Assembly (NCBI RefSeq): GCF_004010195.1
Contig: NC_057750.1
Coordinates: forward strand, 3,899,450-3,948,904
Origin: Chiloscyllium plagiosum
Taxonomy: Eukaryota
DNA length: 49,455 nt
Direction: 5' to 3'
The first letter of the stretch is position 1. Every line of letters begins with the position of its first letter. A program made the position numbers and the translations under genes. The notes under the pieces were generated by a model, which saw nothing but the letters and a program-made list of their open reading frames with translations, ran no database searches and was not told where the DNA came from. This document shows positions 23,041 to 36,610 of the stretch, one piece after another.

Positions 23041-24168
23041 GGATGTTTGCCCAGATTCTGACTAATAAAGGATCAAAATATTTATCAATAAATGAATGCT
23101 TTAATGAGAGCACAGTGCTGCAAAGCTCTGCTATTACAGCATTATGTGGGCACGAAATGGGTGGAAACTTATTCAGTTAAAAATTACAAATGTTTATTGT
23201 GCCTGTTGTCTGATCATTCAAGCATCATTATGAGCACTGTATTGCCAAATTAATTTTCAGCTACCAGCTACAATATCTAAATACATTTTCTCCCATCTAC
23301 AACATAAATTATTAGCAAAATTTTACCTTTAACTCATACAGAATCATAGAATCATATAGTACACAAGAGGCCCTTTGGCCCATCACACCTGTACAATCAG
23401 ATGTATTACTACCTACATCTTTAACATAATACATTTCACATGCAAATAAAACAGAAATGAATGTTGGAGAGGAGACTTAAGCCTGGGGAAGAATTCCCTC
23501 TCCCGGTGCACAAACACTTAAACACAAATATCCTTTCTCTGCAAAACTGTCAATACAGAGAGAGAGAGGTGCTTTATTGATGGACATGTGGATCAAAGGA
23601 TATCAGGAGTTGGGGGGATATGGAGTTTAGACCACAATCAGGTGAGATATGATTTTTCCAAATGGATGAGCAAACTTCAAGGGGCTGAGTGACCTCCTCC
23701 TGGTCCGTGTTCATGTGTTTGTATTTACAGAGGCATTTAAGTCACGTAAAAATACTAATGGCAGGGAAGATAATAACCTCTCCATTAATGTAACCAAGAA
23801 GTTACCTCAAGAACATAAAGAATGAGAGTAGGAGTGGGCTATTTAGTTCCTCAAGACTGCTCCACAATGGTTGGTCTGCCCCTAGCGTTCATGCTAGCTC
23901 AACCTAACCATCACAGAGTCATAGAGTCATACAACAAGGAAACAGACCCTTTGATCCAACCAGTCCATGCCGAACATAATCCCAAACTAAACTAGTCCCA
24001 ATTGAGTGAAGCAGATTAGTTGAACTGATGGCAACATGCACCTCTGCTTCCACATCCGAAGATCTGGGTTTCCGTATGTTACCATCTGTGGGATTGTGCT
24101 GTGCACTAAACGACTGAAGCAGTAAAACTGGGTTGGCATTGCCCGTCTTCTCACTGTCACTCATGTGG

Positions 24169-25425
24169 GAGAAAGTGAGGCCTGCAGATGCTCGAGATCA
24201 GGGTCGAGTGTGTGTTGCTGGAAAAGCACAGCAGGTCAGGCAGCATCCGATGAGCAGGAGAATCGTCGGGCATAAGCCCTTCATCAGGGAGGAGGCCTTT
24301 GGGCCAGGGGGGCTAAGAGATAAATGGGAGGGGGTGGGGCTGGGGGGAAGGTAACTGGGAATGTGATAGGTAGATGAAGGTGGAGGGGAAGGTGATAGGT
24401 CGGAGAGGAGGGTGGAGCGGATAGGTGGGAAAGACAATGGACAGGACAAGAGAGTGGTGCCGAGTTGGAGGCATGGGTCTGGGATAAGGTGGGGGGAGGG
24501 GAAATGAGAAAACTGGGAAAATCCACATTAAACCCATGTGGTTGCAGGGTCCCAAGGTGGAAAATGAGGTGTTCTTCCTCCAGGCATCAGGTGGTTAGGG
24601 TTTGGCAGTGGAGGAGGCCCAGGACCCGCATGTCCTTGATGGAGTGGGAGAGGGAGTTGAACTGTTCAGCCATCAGGCAGCGGGGTTGGTTGGTGCGGGT
24701 GTCCCAGAGATGTTCTCTGAGACGATCCGCAAGTTGGCGTCCTGTCTCCCTGATGTAGAGGAGACCACATCGGAAGCAACGGATACAATAGATGGCATTT
24801 GTGGAAGTATAGCTAAATTTCTGTCAGATGTGGAAGGATCCTTTGGGGCCTTGGACGAAGGTGAGGGGGGAGGTGTGGGTGCAGGTTTTGCAATTTGTGC
24901 GGTGGCAGGGCAGGGTGCCGGGAGGGGAGGGTGGGTTGTTAGGGGGCATGGACCTGATGGATCCGAAACGCAGATAGGGATGGGGAGTTAAATATATCTC
25001 TCGTGGTGAGGTCTGTTTGTAGATGGTGGAAATGGTGGAGGATGATGCGATATTTATGGATGGTGGTGGGCTGGAAGGTGAGGACCAGGGCGGTCTGTCC
25101 TTGTTGCATTGGGAGGAGGGGGGAGTTCAAGGGCAGAGATGCAGGATTTGGAGGAGATACACTGGAGGGCATTGTTGACCATGGGGAAAGGGAAGTTGCG
25201 ATCTTGGAAGAAGGAGGCCACTTGCGATTTTCTAAGGTGGAATTGGTCATCCTGGGAGCAGATGCAGCGGGACATGGAGGAATTGGGAATAAGGGATGGC
25301 ATTTTTACAGGAGGTATGGTGGGAGGAGGTGTAGTCCAGGTAGCTGTGGGAGACGGTGGGTTTATAGTAGATGTCCGTGGTTAGTCAGTTGCCAAAGATG
25401 GTGGTGGAGAGATCCAGGAAGGAGA
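24169..25425 (-). mobile_element. Degenerate 5'-truncated Penelope-like element related to 720-1972
   Basis: Same pLTR tail (gagaaagtgagg..ctgcagatgct) and collinear RT/GIY-YIG remnants with frameshifts; its hammerhead has lost the GAAAC core. Confidence 0.85.
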
Positions 25426-25846
25426 GGGAGGTTGCTTGGGTGTCCTAACATTTTGTGGGTGTCTTTTTAAATCCAGATTTGCAGTTACTATTTTCTCTAT
25501 TTGTGTCTTGATTGTAAAAAATGGTACGTCAAACCTTGTTGATTAGTTAACTGCAGGAAAGGGCTGTCGAAAAGAAGCTCTTCTCCTCTATTTTAAATCT
25601 CCATGTCGGACTCCTTTCAAAATAACAACAGACAGGTTCACCGACACAGTACGGAGGCTGAGCTAGGCGGGATTAGACAGTGGGTTGCTGTGGAGACAGT
25701 GAGAGGGTAATTATGCCTTATAATGTGGAGTAAAGGAAGTGACAGAAAATAGATTTGAGATCCTGACAATGACAAAGTCAATAATAGCCTTTCACACAAG
25801 AGGCAGGACCAGTGTCTATTAAATCCAGAGAAAGAAACAAGAATAA

Positions 25847-25935
25847 CTCCACACAGTCAGTCGCCTGAGGCGGGAATTGAACGCTGGTCTCTGGCGCTGT
25901 GAGGCAGCAGTGCTAACCACTGTACCACCGTGCCG
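25847..25935 (-). mobile_element. HE1/V-SINE 5' (tRNA-like) fragment
   Basis: Minus strand ggcacggtggtacagtggttagcactgctgcctcacagcgccag. Confidence 0.75.
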
Positions 25936-25939
25936 TCCA

Positions 25940-26292
25940 TGCACTCAAGGGAATCAATAAGATGGAAGCAGGGAGGGTGTTTCCACTGGTGGGTGAAACT
26001 ATAACGAAGGGGCATAGACTCAAAATAAGGGGGAGCGGGTTTTGGACTGAGCTGAGGAGGAACGTCCTCACCCAGAGGGTTGTGAATCTGTGGAATTCCC
26101 CGCCCAGGGAAATAGTTGAGGCTTCCTCGTTGCATGTTTTTAAGGCAAAGATAGATTTTTGAACAGTAAATGAATAAAGGGTTACGTGAGGCGGGGGGTG
26201 GTAAGTGGAGCTTAATCCACGAGAAAGATCAGCCGTGAATGGCTCGAGGGGCCAGATGGCCTACTCCTGCGCTGAGTTCTTATATTCTTATA
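25940..26292 (+). mobile_element. CR1 LINE 3' fragment (same sub-family as 45060-45440, -)
   Basis: GHRLKIRGSGFWTELRRNVLTQRVVNLWNS..FKAKIDF. Confidence 0.8.
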
Positions 26293-26389
26293 AAATGTGG
26301 AATCTTATAAAAAGGCCTTGATGAAGTAGGTTTCTTGTTTGGAATAGTGAGTGCATGGAATCCACCGTACCATGTGCAGGAGAACAACG

Positions 26390-26775
26390 TTGATGTGGTT
26401 GGTAGCACCTCTTCCTCTGACTCGGATAGTCATGGGTTCAATTCCCATTCTAGAGATTTGAGCTGAAGCTCCCATTGCGGTACTGAGGGAGTGCTACACA
26501 GTAGTGGGGCACCAAATTTCAGGTGAAGCTTTAAACTGAGACCTGTCAGGTGTAAAAGATTTCATAGCATTAGTTAAAGAGGACGGTCCTAGCCAAAGGA
26601 TATCCCATGTACAACATTGCTAAATAAAGCAGGATGTCTAATCAGAAGTACCACCTTGTTTTCGGGAGCTTTCTGTGCACTGTTTGGCCACTGTGCTTGC
26701 TACATTACAACAATTACTTCATTGTCAGTCAGATGCTTTGGGTCATCCTGAGGGAAAGGCACTATACAAATGTAA
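26390..26775 (+). mobile_element. Deu-domain (SacSINE1-like) SINE
   Basis: tRNA-like head, gtactgagggagtgct core, tail gaaaggcactatacaaatg. Related copies at about 21060-21350, 29430-29845 and 44195-44500 (all +). Confidence 0.6.
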
Positions 26776-27229
26776 ACCCTTTGTTGAGCAGCAGGCAGAG
26801 AGTGTGGTCCTGGATAATAACTCATGGGAGTGGACTGCATGGAAGTGCGGAATGCCAGGTGCTGGGTCAGACAGGATTCCCTGCAAATGGCCCATGGAGA
26901 CCTCTGGAAGTTTCTCCAGCCTGAATCACCGCCCAGGCTCCCCGAATCCCTTCGCTTCCCGACTCCTGAGCCTCCCAGATTTTAAAATTCTCCAACATTG
27001 GGGATCATGCCCTCAGCTTCATTTTCCTAAACACAGGAATGTTTCCCACAATCTTTCAATCTCAAATGCCCCCTTTAATAATCCCCTTTTGCTAAATTCT
27101 ACATCTTTAATCCAAAGCTTTAGTCACCTATCTCCTCATGTGGTTCACTATTGAATTTAGCATATTGAAGGTGCTATATAAATTGAGAGGAGTTGTTAAC
27201 CTGGGCTGACAACCCATCCTTCTCCTTGA

Positions 27230-28070
<841 letters not shown>

Positions 28071-29055
28071 TTTGATGTGCTTATCCAGTTGTCACTGACA
28101 TAATGGGCTGAATGATCACTTTCTGTGCTGTAACTTCTACAGACTCTGACAAATGAAAGAAAAGACCCATCTCTGTCCTGTTCACCTCCTAACTATTCCA
28201 CAGTAATAGCTGCAGCCTGGGCTGACATTTATTGTCCATCTCTAATTGCCTTGTAGCTGTTCTATGCAACGGAGTATCTGAGGGCTCTTGTAGCACAGTG
28301 GAAGGGTCCCTATCTCTGAGCCAGGAGATCTAGGCTCATATCCCACCTATTCTGGAGGTGTGTTATACCAGGTTGATTAGAAACCATCCACAACTGAGTG
28401 CCTTGCTGCAACAATTTCAGAGGGCCTTCAGTTGAAATGAGTCAACCCCTTTACTGTGGTCTGGAGTCACATGCAGCCCAGACCAGGTAAGGACAGATTT
28501 CCTTCCCTAAAGGACATCAGTGAACTAAATAGGGTTGTTATGAGAATGGCTTTCATGTGACTGGCTTTTAATAATGAGTTGAGTTTAAATTCCACTAGCT
28601 GTCATTTGAACAGTTGCATTTGGCTGGCCTGCTGGACTCTATTTAGTTCGGTGATATTGTTTAAGGGTAATCACCTTTATCGAGGAGTATTTAACAGGAT
28701 CAGACACAAAGTGAGCAAAGCCTTCAATGACGAAGAGATTCTGGAGCCAGACATCAATCATCACTTGTCCTTCCAGAACCACATAGACAGTAGCTCCTAA
28801 GTTACTCGGAGAGCACCATTTTAACATTCTTTCACAGGAGATGGATGTTGCTGGCTAGGCCAGTATTTGATGCCACTCCTTAGCTACCCCTGTCCCAAAC
28901 AGTTGGTGGGGGGGATGCGGAGAGAGGAAAAATTCCCCATAATAGATTGGCAGACAGCAGCTGATTATGGTGATGGGGCTGAGGTTTGGGTTAGTTACTG
29001 GGTCGAGTTTGGAGTTTGACTGAAAATGATATTTTCCTCTCTGCTCTCTTCACAG

Positions 29056-29150
29056 ACACCAATGTCTTCAGATACATCCAACTGACGGAGATCAAGATGA
29101 ATCGATCCAATCAGAGGGAGCAAGAAGGCTCCAAGGAGATGATTGGTTAA
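29056..29150 (+). CDS. TTC9B: TTC9B coding exon 3 (terminal; not in ORF track)
   Basis: Acceptor ttttcctctctgctctcttcacag|. Encodes (D)TNVFRYIQLTEIKMNRSNQREQEGSKEMIG*, TAA at 29148-29150. Spliced CDS 499+183+95=777 nt, 258 aa. Confidence 0.93.
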
Positions 29151-29854
29151 TAAAATGCACAAGATCTATGGACATAGCCATCTCCAAGGCTGAGTTGTAG
29201 CTAATATTAATGAAACAATCAGAGTTTGGCAATTATTTCGAGAACAAACAGGCCTTCCTGGGCTAGAGTTATGGTCTGAGAGTCTATGCAGGGGGTGCAG
29301 GGTTGGTTTGGCTGCACACAGTGTTAACTTTATCAACAGAGCATGCTTGATGTGTCCCCGCGATCCTGGTCAGAGGCTTGCACCTTCAAATGATGCTGTT
29401 GCCTGCCGTTGTCAATCCTCTCCAAAATGACGCTGCGGCACAGTAGATTGTGGGTTCAAGCCCCATTCGAGGGACCTCAGCCCAAAGTCTAGGCCCACAC
29501 TCCTGGCGCAGCACCGATGATGTGCAGCAGGGTCAGAGGTGCCATGTTGCGACGGCAATTGGAGAGCTAAACTCTGCCCCTGTCAGGTGACCATAAAAGA
29601 TCTCATTGCCCTGGTTTTGAAAAAGAGTGCTCCTTGGTGTCCTGGTCAATATTTATCCCTCACCCAACTTTGTGATAAACAGGATGTCTGATCATTACCT
29701 TGTTGCTGATTGTGTGCATTGCTTCCTGTGGTTCCTACATTTTGACCATGACTGCATTTTTTAAAAGGAGTTTCTCATTGGCTGTAATGTGCTTTGGAAC
29801 ATCTTGAGTTCACAGCAGGTGCTATAGAAATGCCAATCTTCCTCTCTTTCTGTA

Positions 29855-30150
29855 GGAACATAAGAACCAGGAGCAGGAGGAGGCCATTCAGCCCCTCCGA
29901 GCCTGTTCCACCACTTAATACAATCATGGCTGATCTCATCCCGGCCTCAACTCCACTTTCCGGCCTGTTCTCTATAACCCTTTAACCCATTATCAATTAA
30001 AAATCTCCTTAAATTTACTCAATATCCCACCATCCACCACACTCTGGGGGAGTGTATTCCATGACCCTTTTGAGAGAAGTAATTTCTTCTCATCTCTGTG
30101 TTTGAAATCCACTGCTCCTTGTCCTAAAACTATGACCTCTCGTTCTAGAC
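29855..30150 (-). mobile_element. CR1 3' fragment in the putative TTC9B 3' UTR
   Basis: aacataagaaccaggagcaggaggaggccattcagccc, the reverse CR1 tail. Confidence 0.7.
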
Positions 30151-31449
30151 TGATTGAAAAAATCCTGCAAAGATGTCAGCACCACACAGCACCCCCCCCC
30201 ACACACACACACACCGCGAAGACCCCACCAACCTTGGCTTGAAGCACACACCTTCCTGTGGGATGGCTGACCCTAATGCATGTGATAATTGCGTTGTCAC
30301 ACTCCGCAATGCATGCAGCTTGCCTAGTGGTTGCTCCCAGAATGCGACAGAATGGAACCTCAGACCCTCTGGTGAAGGCGCCCGGGTTTGAAAGGGAAAG
30401 TGAACGTGGACTTTCTGCTCCAGCTCCCCTCATCCCTCACACTACACCCCTGCCCAGCCTTGAACACACTGCCAATTTGCCTGTTGTCTGTCTGGCCTGT
30501 GTCCTTCCCTCAGCCCAGAGGGGTGTTCTGACATGGGGAGAAAGTTGAAGAAGAAATTGGGTGGACGAAACGAACCAGTTTGACGGGTGGAAAGAAAGAT
30601 CTGTCTTAAGGTGTCATGGAGCATGTCTTCCACCACAGAGTGCCCTCAATTATTATCAGCTATTGCCAGCACACAGCCCATTGGTGAAAGCCCCACACAA
30701 TGGCCTCCAGTAAATGTGGACAACAGAAACCTTGCCCATGGGTTGGAGAACTGATGGGAACTGGTTTCACTTCCACTGGGGGAAGGGTCAATTAATGGCC
30801 TAAGTGAAGCTGCCCCTTCAGATCCACATCTTTGGGGGAGGGGGCAAGAGAGAGGTTCAGGGGGATGGGGCTATTTGTTAACTTCTGGGGACACGGGAGA
30901 CCCATGTACACCCCACCAAGCCCTTGAGCTACCATTAGTGAGACTGGGGGAGAATTGGCTTCCAGTGATAGGAGCCTAATTGACAATGAGTGAGCAGGTG
31001 AAAAACCATTTCCTGCCTCTGACTAATTTCCCTGTCTCCTGCCACGCCCTCTCACCTCTCCTGACCCATGTGCCTCCTGCTGCTGAATTGACAGGACAAA
31101 ATTCCATCTGGGTACTTCTTCCCAAAAGCAACAATCCCAAACGTGTCTTGAAGTTAATTCCCAAATCTCCAAACCAATTATTTTAAACCTCTGATTGGTT
31201 GCTGGGTCCCAGTAGAGTCTGGCATTGATCTTCCACAATTCTCTGACCCGTTTGGTTTTTTTTAAGAAAATGGGCCATATCACCAAAAGATGTCAAAGGT
31301 CAAATGGACGATAAAAGGCAAATGACAACCATGGACTCACGGTGTTCATCACTGGAACTTTCTGTTAAGAAATGGGGAGACAACCTAGATTTGATTGTAG
31401 ATTTGAAGGTTTATATTTAGAATGTGATATTATAGAGTGTTATACTTTT

Positions 31450-31455
31450 AATAAA
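31450..31455 (+). promoter_or_regulatory. Candidate distal TTC9B polyadenylation signal
   Basis: AATAAA after an AT-rich UTR-like stretch, followed by T/GT-rich sequence at about 31495-31525. Confidence 0.4.
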
Positions 31456-31744
31456 GCATCCAAAAGTGATCAAAATCCAATGTTCCACTTTGATCATTTT
31501 AAATTTGTGTTTTGATTATTTTTGCTCAAGTGGGCATCATCTAATTAATGTAGGTTTGGGAAAGATCCCATTACGACTGGAGGATTACTCCGGGAACTGT
31601 GCTTACAATGTTTCATCTACAACTGGGGTGTCCTGAAAGCTGGCCATACAGCCACTTGACTCGATAGCCTCCTATCCCAATCATATTCTCTGTTGCCCTT
31701 TTTACCTGTTTATCTGACTCCTCTCAAAATAGTATCATAGAAGT

Positions 31745-32130
31745 GACCTTATTTGACCTTATAGAGGTTTATAAAACCATGAGGGACATACATAGGATGA
31801 ATAGCCAAGGTATTTTTCCTAGGGTAGAAGTGTCCAAAATTAGAGGATATAGGTTTAAGGTGGGATGGGAAAGATTTAAAAGGGACCTAAGGGGCAACAT
31901 TTTCACACAGAGGGTGGTGAGTGTATGGAAAGAGCTGTCAGAGGAAATGGTGGAGGCTGGTACAATTGCAACATTTAAAAGGCATCTAGATGAGTATATG
32001 AATAGGAAGGGTTTAGAGGGATATGGGCCAAGTGCTGGCAAATGGGACTAGATTAATCTAGTTTATCTGGTCAGTATGAACGAGTTGGTGTAAGGTCTGT
32101 TTCCGTGCTGTACATCGCTATGACTCTATG
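31745..32130 (+). mobile_element. CR1/HER1 LINE 3' end
   Basis: DLIEVYKTMR...FKRDLRGNIFTQRVVSVWKELSEEMVEAGTIATFKRHLDEYMN; close relatives at 39550-39915 and 46005-46375 (+). Confidence 0.9.
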
Positions 32131-32499
32131 TGCCAAAACCATCCATAATCTCCAATACTCAGGTGAAAAAAAAACTTCTAATTTCCTTTAACGCTTCTCA
32201 GTGAGAACATGCAATGTTCTACAATCCTAGTGAGACATCTATTAGTTCCACACAGCTCAAAGCAATGTTCAGCTAGGGTTCAGCGAAAGCACTCACCGAC
32301 TCAGACTTTGTGAATTCAAGTCTTTTCTCTGTTTCAATCTCTCTCTTCCCTTCTTAACCCATCGATCTCAGTCTTTACGTACCAACTGTCCAATCATCTC
32401 AGCTCCAGGATATCTCCGTAGGGGTTCCTCAGGGTGGCTATTTTCTGAATGGGCAGTAAGTAGGACTTGAAAATAGGCCTTCCAGCTCAGAGCTAGGGA

Positions 32500-33085
32500 C
32501 ACTACCACTACACTGCAATAGCCCAGTTGCTCAGGGTACTGTTCTAGGCCCAACCTGCTTTATCAAAGATCAGAAGTGGGGGTGTTCACCGATGATTGCA
32601 CAATGGTCAGCACCATTCGCCATTCCTCAGATACTGAAGTGGTCCGTGTTCAAATAAAGCAAGACCTGGACAATATCTGGGCTTGGACTGACAAGTAATA
32701 TTTATAAACCACAAGCACCAAGAGATGAACAACTCCAACAAGACAGAATCTAACCATTGCCCTTTAACATTTATTAGCTTCACTATCACTGAAATCCCTC
32801 ACTATCAACACTCTTGGAATAACCATTTACCAGAAACTGAACTACACCGGCCACATAAATATAGTGGCTATAAGAGCAGGCCAGAGACAGGAATTCTGCA
32901 GTGAGTAACTCACTTTCTGACTCCCAAAGTCTGTCCACCATCTACAAGGCACAAGTCAGGAGTGTGAGGGAATACTCCCCACTTGCCCTGGATGGGGGCA
33001 GCTCCAACAACACTCAAGAAGCTCAACACCATCCAAGGACAAAGCAACCCACTTGACTGGCACCACATCCACAAGCATCCATGCT
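32500..33085 (+). mobile_element. Decayed CR1/L2-group LINE RT fragment
   Basis: SEVGVFTDDCT (FADD-like) and LSTIYKAQVRSVREYSPLPWMGAAPTTLKKLNTIQ remnants. Probable 3' ends of this family at about 33575-33790 and 47090-47520 (-). Confidence 0.6.
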
Positions 33086-33102
33086 CAGTGCCGCTGTCTA
33101 TT

Positions 33103-33270
33103 TTTCTTTTTTTTAGTGCGGTAGTGCTTATTTTTTCCCCAGCACCCATGGTGTGTGTGTGCAGGTGCGAGACACAGTGAAAGACACAAAGTGCACGAAT
33201 CTTTATTCAAATTCAAGATAGGAAAACACCCGAGTGGCCAGTGACAAACACTGCCCTTCACATCAAAGGA
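33103..33270 (-). mobile_element. Short poly(A)-tailed retroposed insert with a 17-bp TSD
   Basis: TSD cagtgccgctgtctatt (33086-33102, 33271-33287); T-tract at the left end; internal AATAAA on the minus strand. Confidence 0.75.
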
Positions 33271-34479
33271 CAGTGCCGCTGTCTATTCTGAGGAGATGTG
33301 AAACTGGATTGGCTAGAAGTAAGCAGATCTGTGACATTCCTTAAGGATGATCCGAGCGATCAGCCCGTGTCCTGGCCAAATGTTCCTTGCAGGCTTACAA
33401 CAGCATGAAATAAGCTCAGATTTCTGTTGACCTGGTGTGGGATTTATGGGATCTTGCTATACATCGGCTGCTGCACTAGGTCATGTGCCAAGGGAGATTG
33501 CAATTCAAGACCAAGAGATGCAGCCAGGCACTACATCAATGTTATGCTTCCTTCCATTACACACTCCCTCTTTTTACTCGTTCGCAGGACATGGGTGTCA
33601 CTGGCTGGGTCAGCACTTATTGCCCCTCGAGAAGTTGGGGGTGAACTGCCTTCTTGAACCACTATAGTCCGTGTGCTGCTGGGACACTCGCAATGTCCTT
33701 AGGGAGGGAATTCCAGGGTTTTGACCCAACAACACTGTAATATATTTCCAAGTCGGGATGGTGAGCAACTCAGAGGGAAAGACTCCATGTATCAGTGTCC
33801 GTGAATTTTGTCACAGTGAGTCCCGGTATGTGCGTGTGTCTGTTTCAGGAGGTGTTTCTGTATGTTGGAGTGTGAATATTCAAACATGTGTCTGTCTGTG
33901 TTTCTGTGTGCGTCTGTATGTTTGCAACTGTGTGTGAGGGTGTTTGTTGGGTGTGTGTGCTTGTCTTTGTCTGTTTTTGAGTGTCCGCGATTCTATTTAT
34001 AAGCAAGGATTTGTCTATTTTTCCACTTTTAAAATTGCCCATGTGTGAATGATGGAATCATTAATGTCAGGTAACTAAATGCTTCTCTCTCACAACAGGC
34101 TGTGGTTGTTTCTTCAGAACTGCAGCAGAATCTGAAGCAACATCAATAATCCCATCACTTAATCGATCACAGCTAAGACAGTACATCTTCCCTGAGACTC
34201 CTCACTAGATTACCATTGGCTAAACAAGGGAAGTGTTGCTCTCTGTAATGTTTTCTGTGACTCTCTCTGGAGTCTTGCAGGAGGGGGCCTAGTGGACTCC
34301 AGGCAAACACACCAGGAAAGTCCACATTCAAACCCGAACCCGTGTAACGGGTTGCCTGTGGCATGGCCTCATTTTCTTTGCATTCAGAAGGACAGGACTC
34401 AGGCTGAAACTCAGTGACTTGTGTTGGTTGGGGTGTTGGGTGAGGCCAGTGTAGTGAAATGGGCAAGGAATCCTTAATA

Positions 34480-34668
34480 AACAACAAAAGAACTGCAGAT
34501 GCTGTAAATCAACCACAAAAACAGAAATTGCTGGGAACACTCAGCAGGTCTGGCAGCGTCTGTGAAGTGGGATCAGAGGAAGGGTCACTTGACCCGAAAC
34601 GTTAACTCTGATCTCCCACCGCAGATGCTTCCAGACCTGCTGAGCTTTTCCAGCAATTTTTGTTTTTG
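34480..34668. mobile_element. PLE-derived fold-back element
   Basis: Inverted arms around gaagggtcacttgacccgaaacgtt; imperfect flanking repeat gcaaggaa. Confidence 0.7.
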
Positions 34669-35055
34669 CAAGGAAGCTTTACTTGGGAAGATATTGGTGA
34701 ATGAATGTGATCCAGTTTGAGTGTAAGTGATCTCTGTTGCTGAAAGCAGCACTTGCCTGTAAACTGTGTCCAAAACCTTTGTTATTTGCCTTTGAATCCA
34801 ATTCACTGAGGCCAGAGAACTGCTCAGAATTTGGTTCCTTGGGCTTTTTTACAATGACAGCTGTTTCACACACAGTAAAGTGCTATTTAAAGTGTTAATA
34901 ATGTTTTCTCTCGAGCAGATTGCTAAAACTGTGGCACTCGCTCGGGCCATTTCAGAGGGTCGTTAAAAGTCGATCACAGTGCTGTGAGTCTGGAGTCACA
35001 TGTAGGCCAGACCAGGTAACCTCCTTAAAGGTTATGAGTGAGCCAGATGGGTTTT

Positions 35056-35262
35056 TACTCGGACTGCAGATGCTGGAGATCAGAGTCTAGATTAGAGTGG
35101 GGCTGGAAAAGCACAGCAGGTCAGGCAGCATCCCAGGAGCAGGAAAATCGATGTTTCGGGCAAAAGCCCTTCATCCTGATAAAGGATTTTTGCCTGAAAT
35201 GTCAATTTTCCTGTTCCTCGGATTCTGCCTGATTTGCTGTGCTTTTCCAGCACCACTCTAAT
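35056..35262. mobile_element. PLE-derived fold-back element inserted in a SINE
   Basis: Inverted arms meeting at two back-to-back hammerhead remnants; 13-bp TSD ccagatgggtttt (35043-35055, 35263-35275). Confidence 0.8.
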
Positions 35263-35529
35263 CCAGATGGGTTTTCATAAAAATCGATAGTTGTCATGGT
35301 CATAGTCACCAAGGTTAGCTTTATCATTCCTTTTAATAATTATTTATAACATATTAATTTAACTTATATTCCTACCAGTTGCTGTGGTGGGATTTGAACA
35401 CGTGTCACTAAAGCATTAACCTGCTTTACTAGTCCAGTGACATTAACCCCCAAAATCCTGGAAGCCTCTGCCAAACAGCACAGCGGGGATCCCTACATCA
35501 CACAGACTGCAGCAGGTCAAGAAGACTGA

Positions 35530-36610
35530 GGGTTTCAGGTACATAGTTTCCTACAGAGGTAGACAGGGTGGCTAAGAAGGTGTTTAGCACTCTCGCCTTC
35601 ATTGCTCAGACCTTTGAGTACTGGAGTTGGGATCGTTATGTTGAGGTTGTACAGGACATTGGTGAGGCCTCTCCTGGGGTACTGTGTCCTGTTCTGGTCG
35701 CCCTGTTATAGAAAGGAAATTATTAAATTGGAGAGGGTGCAGAAAAGGTATACCAGGATGTTCCTGGGACTGGAGGGTTTGAGTTATAAGGTGAGGCTGG
35801 ATAGGCTGGGACTTGTTTCACTGGGTCATAGGAGGTTGAGGGGTGACCTTATAGAGGTTTTTAAAATCATGAGGGGCATATATACAGTGACTAGATAAGA
35901 AAAACATAGATAGGGTGAGGGAGTTCAAAATTAGAATCATAGAATGGCACTGTGCCACTGTGCTGCCCCGAGGGCACGAGGGAACTTGGGGTCATATTTT
36001 TAAGGTGAGAGGAGAAACATTTAAAAAGGACCAAAGAAGCAAGTTTTTGACACAGAAAGTGGTTCATATAAAGTCATAGAGTCACAGAGTTGTACAGCAC
36101 AGAAAAAGATCCTTCGATCCGACTCACCTGTGTCAACCAGATATCCTGAACCCATCTAATCCCATTTGCCGGCATATGGCCCACATCCCTCTAAACCCTT
36201 CCTATTCACAATGCCTTTTAAATGCTGTAATTATACCAGCCTCCTCATTCAATACACACACTAATCTTGGTGTGGAAAAGTTGTCCCTTAGATCTCTTTT
36301 AAATCTTCCCCCTCTCACCCTACACCTATGCCCTCTAGTTTTGGACTCCCCTACCCTGGGGAAAAAAGACTTGGCCATTCATCCTACCTTTGCCCCTCAT
36401 GATTTTATAAACCTCTACAAAGTCACCCCGCAACCTCCAACACTCTAGAAGAAGTGATGGAGGCGTATACAGTTGGAACATTTAAAAGAATAGGAAAGGT
36501 TTAGAGGGATATGGGCCAAATGCCGGCAAATGGGAATAGTTCAGTTTAGGGAACGTGATTGGTATGAATAAGTTGGAGTGAAGGGTGTGTTTCTGTGCTG
36601 TATGATTCTA
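35530..36610. mobile_element. CR1 nest: a + strand copy interrupted by a - strand copy (about 36070-36445)
   Basis: LYRTLVRPLLGYCVLFWSP...RRLRGDLIEVFKIMRG on +, a reverse CR1 3' end inside it, and the + copy resuming at about 36447. Confidence 0.8.

Noticed and set aside
22529..23061. Cys/Val-rich ORFs
   Set aside because: Translation of TG-rich low-complexity repeat.
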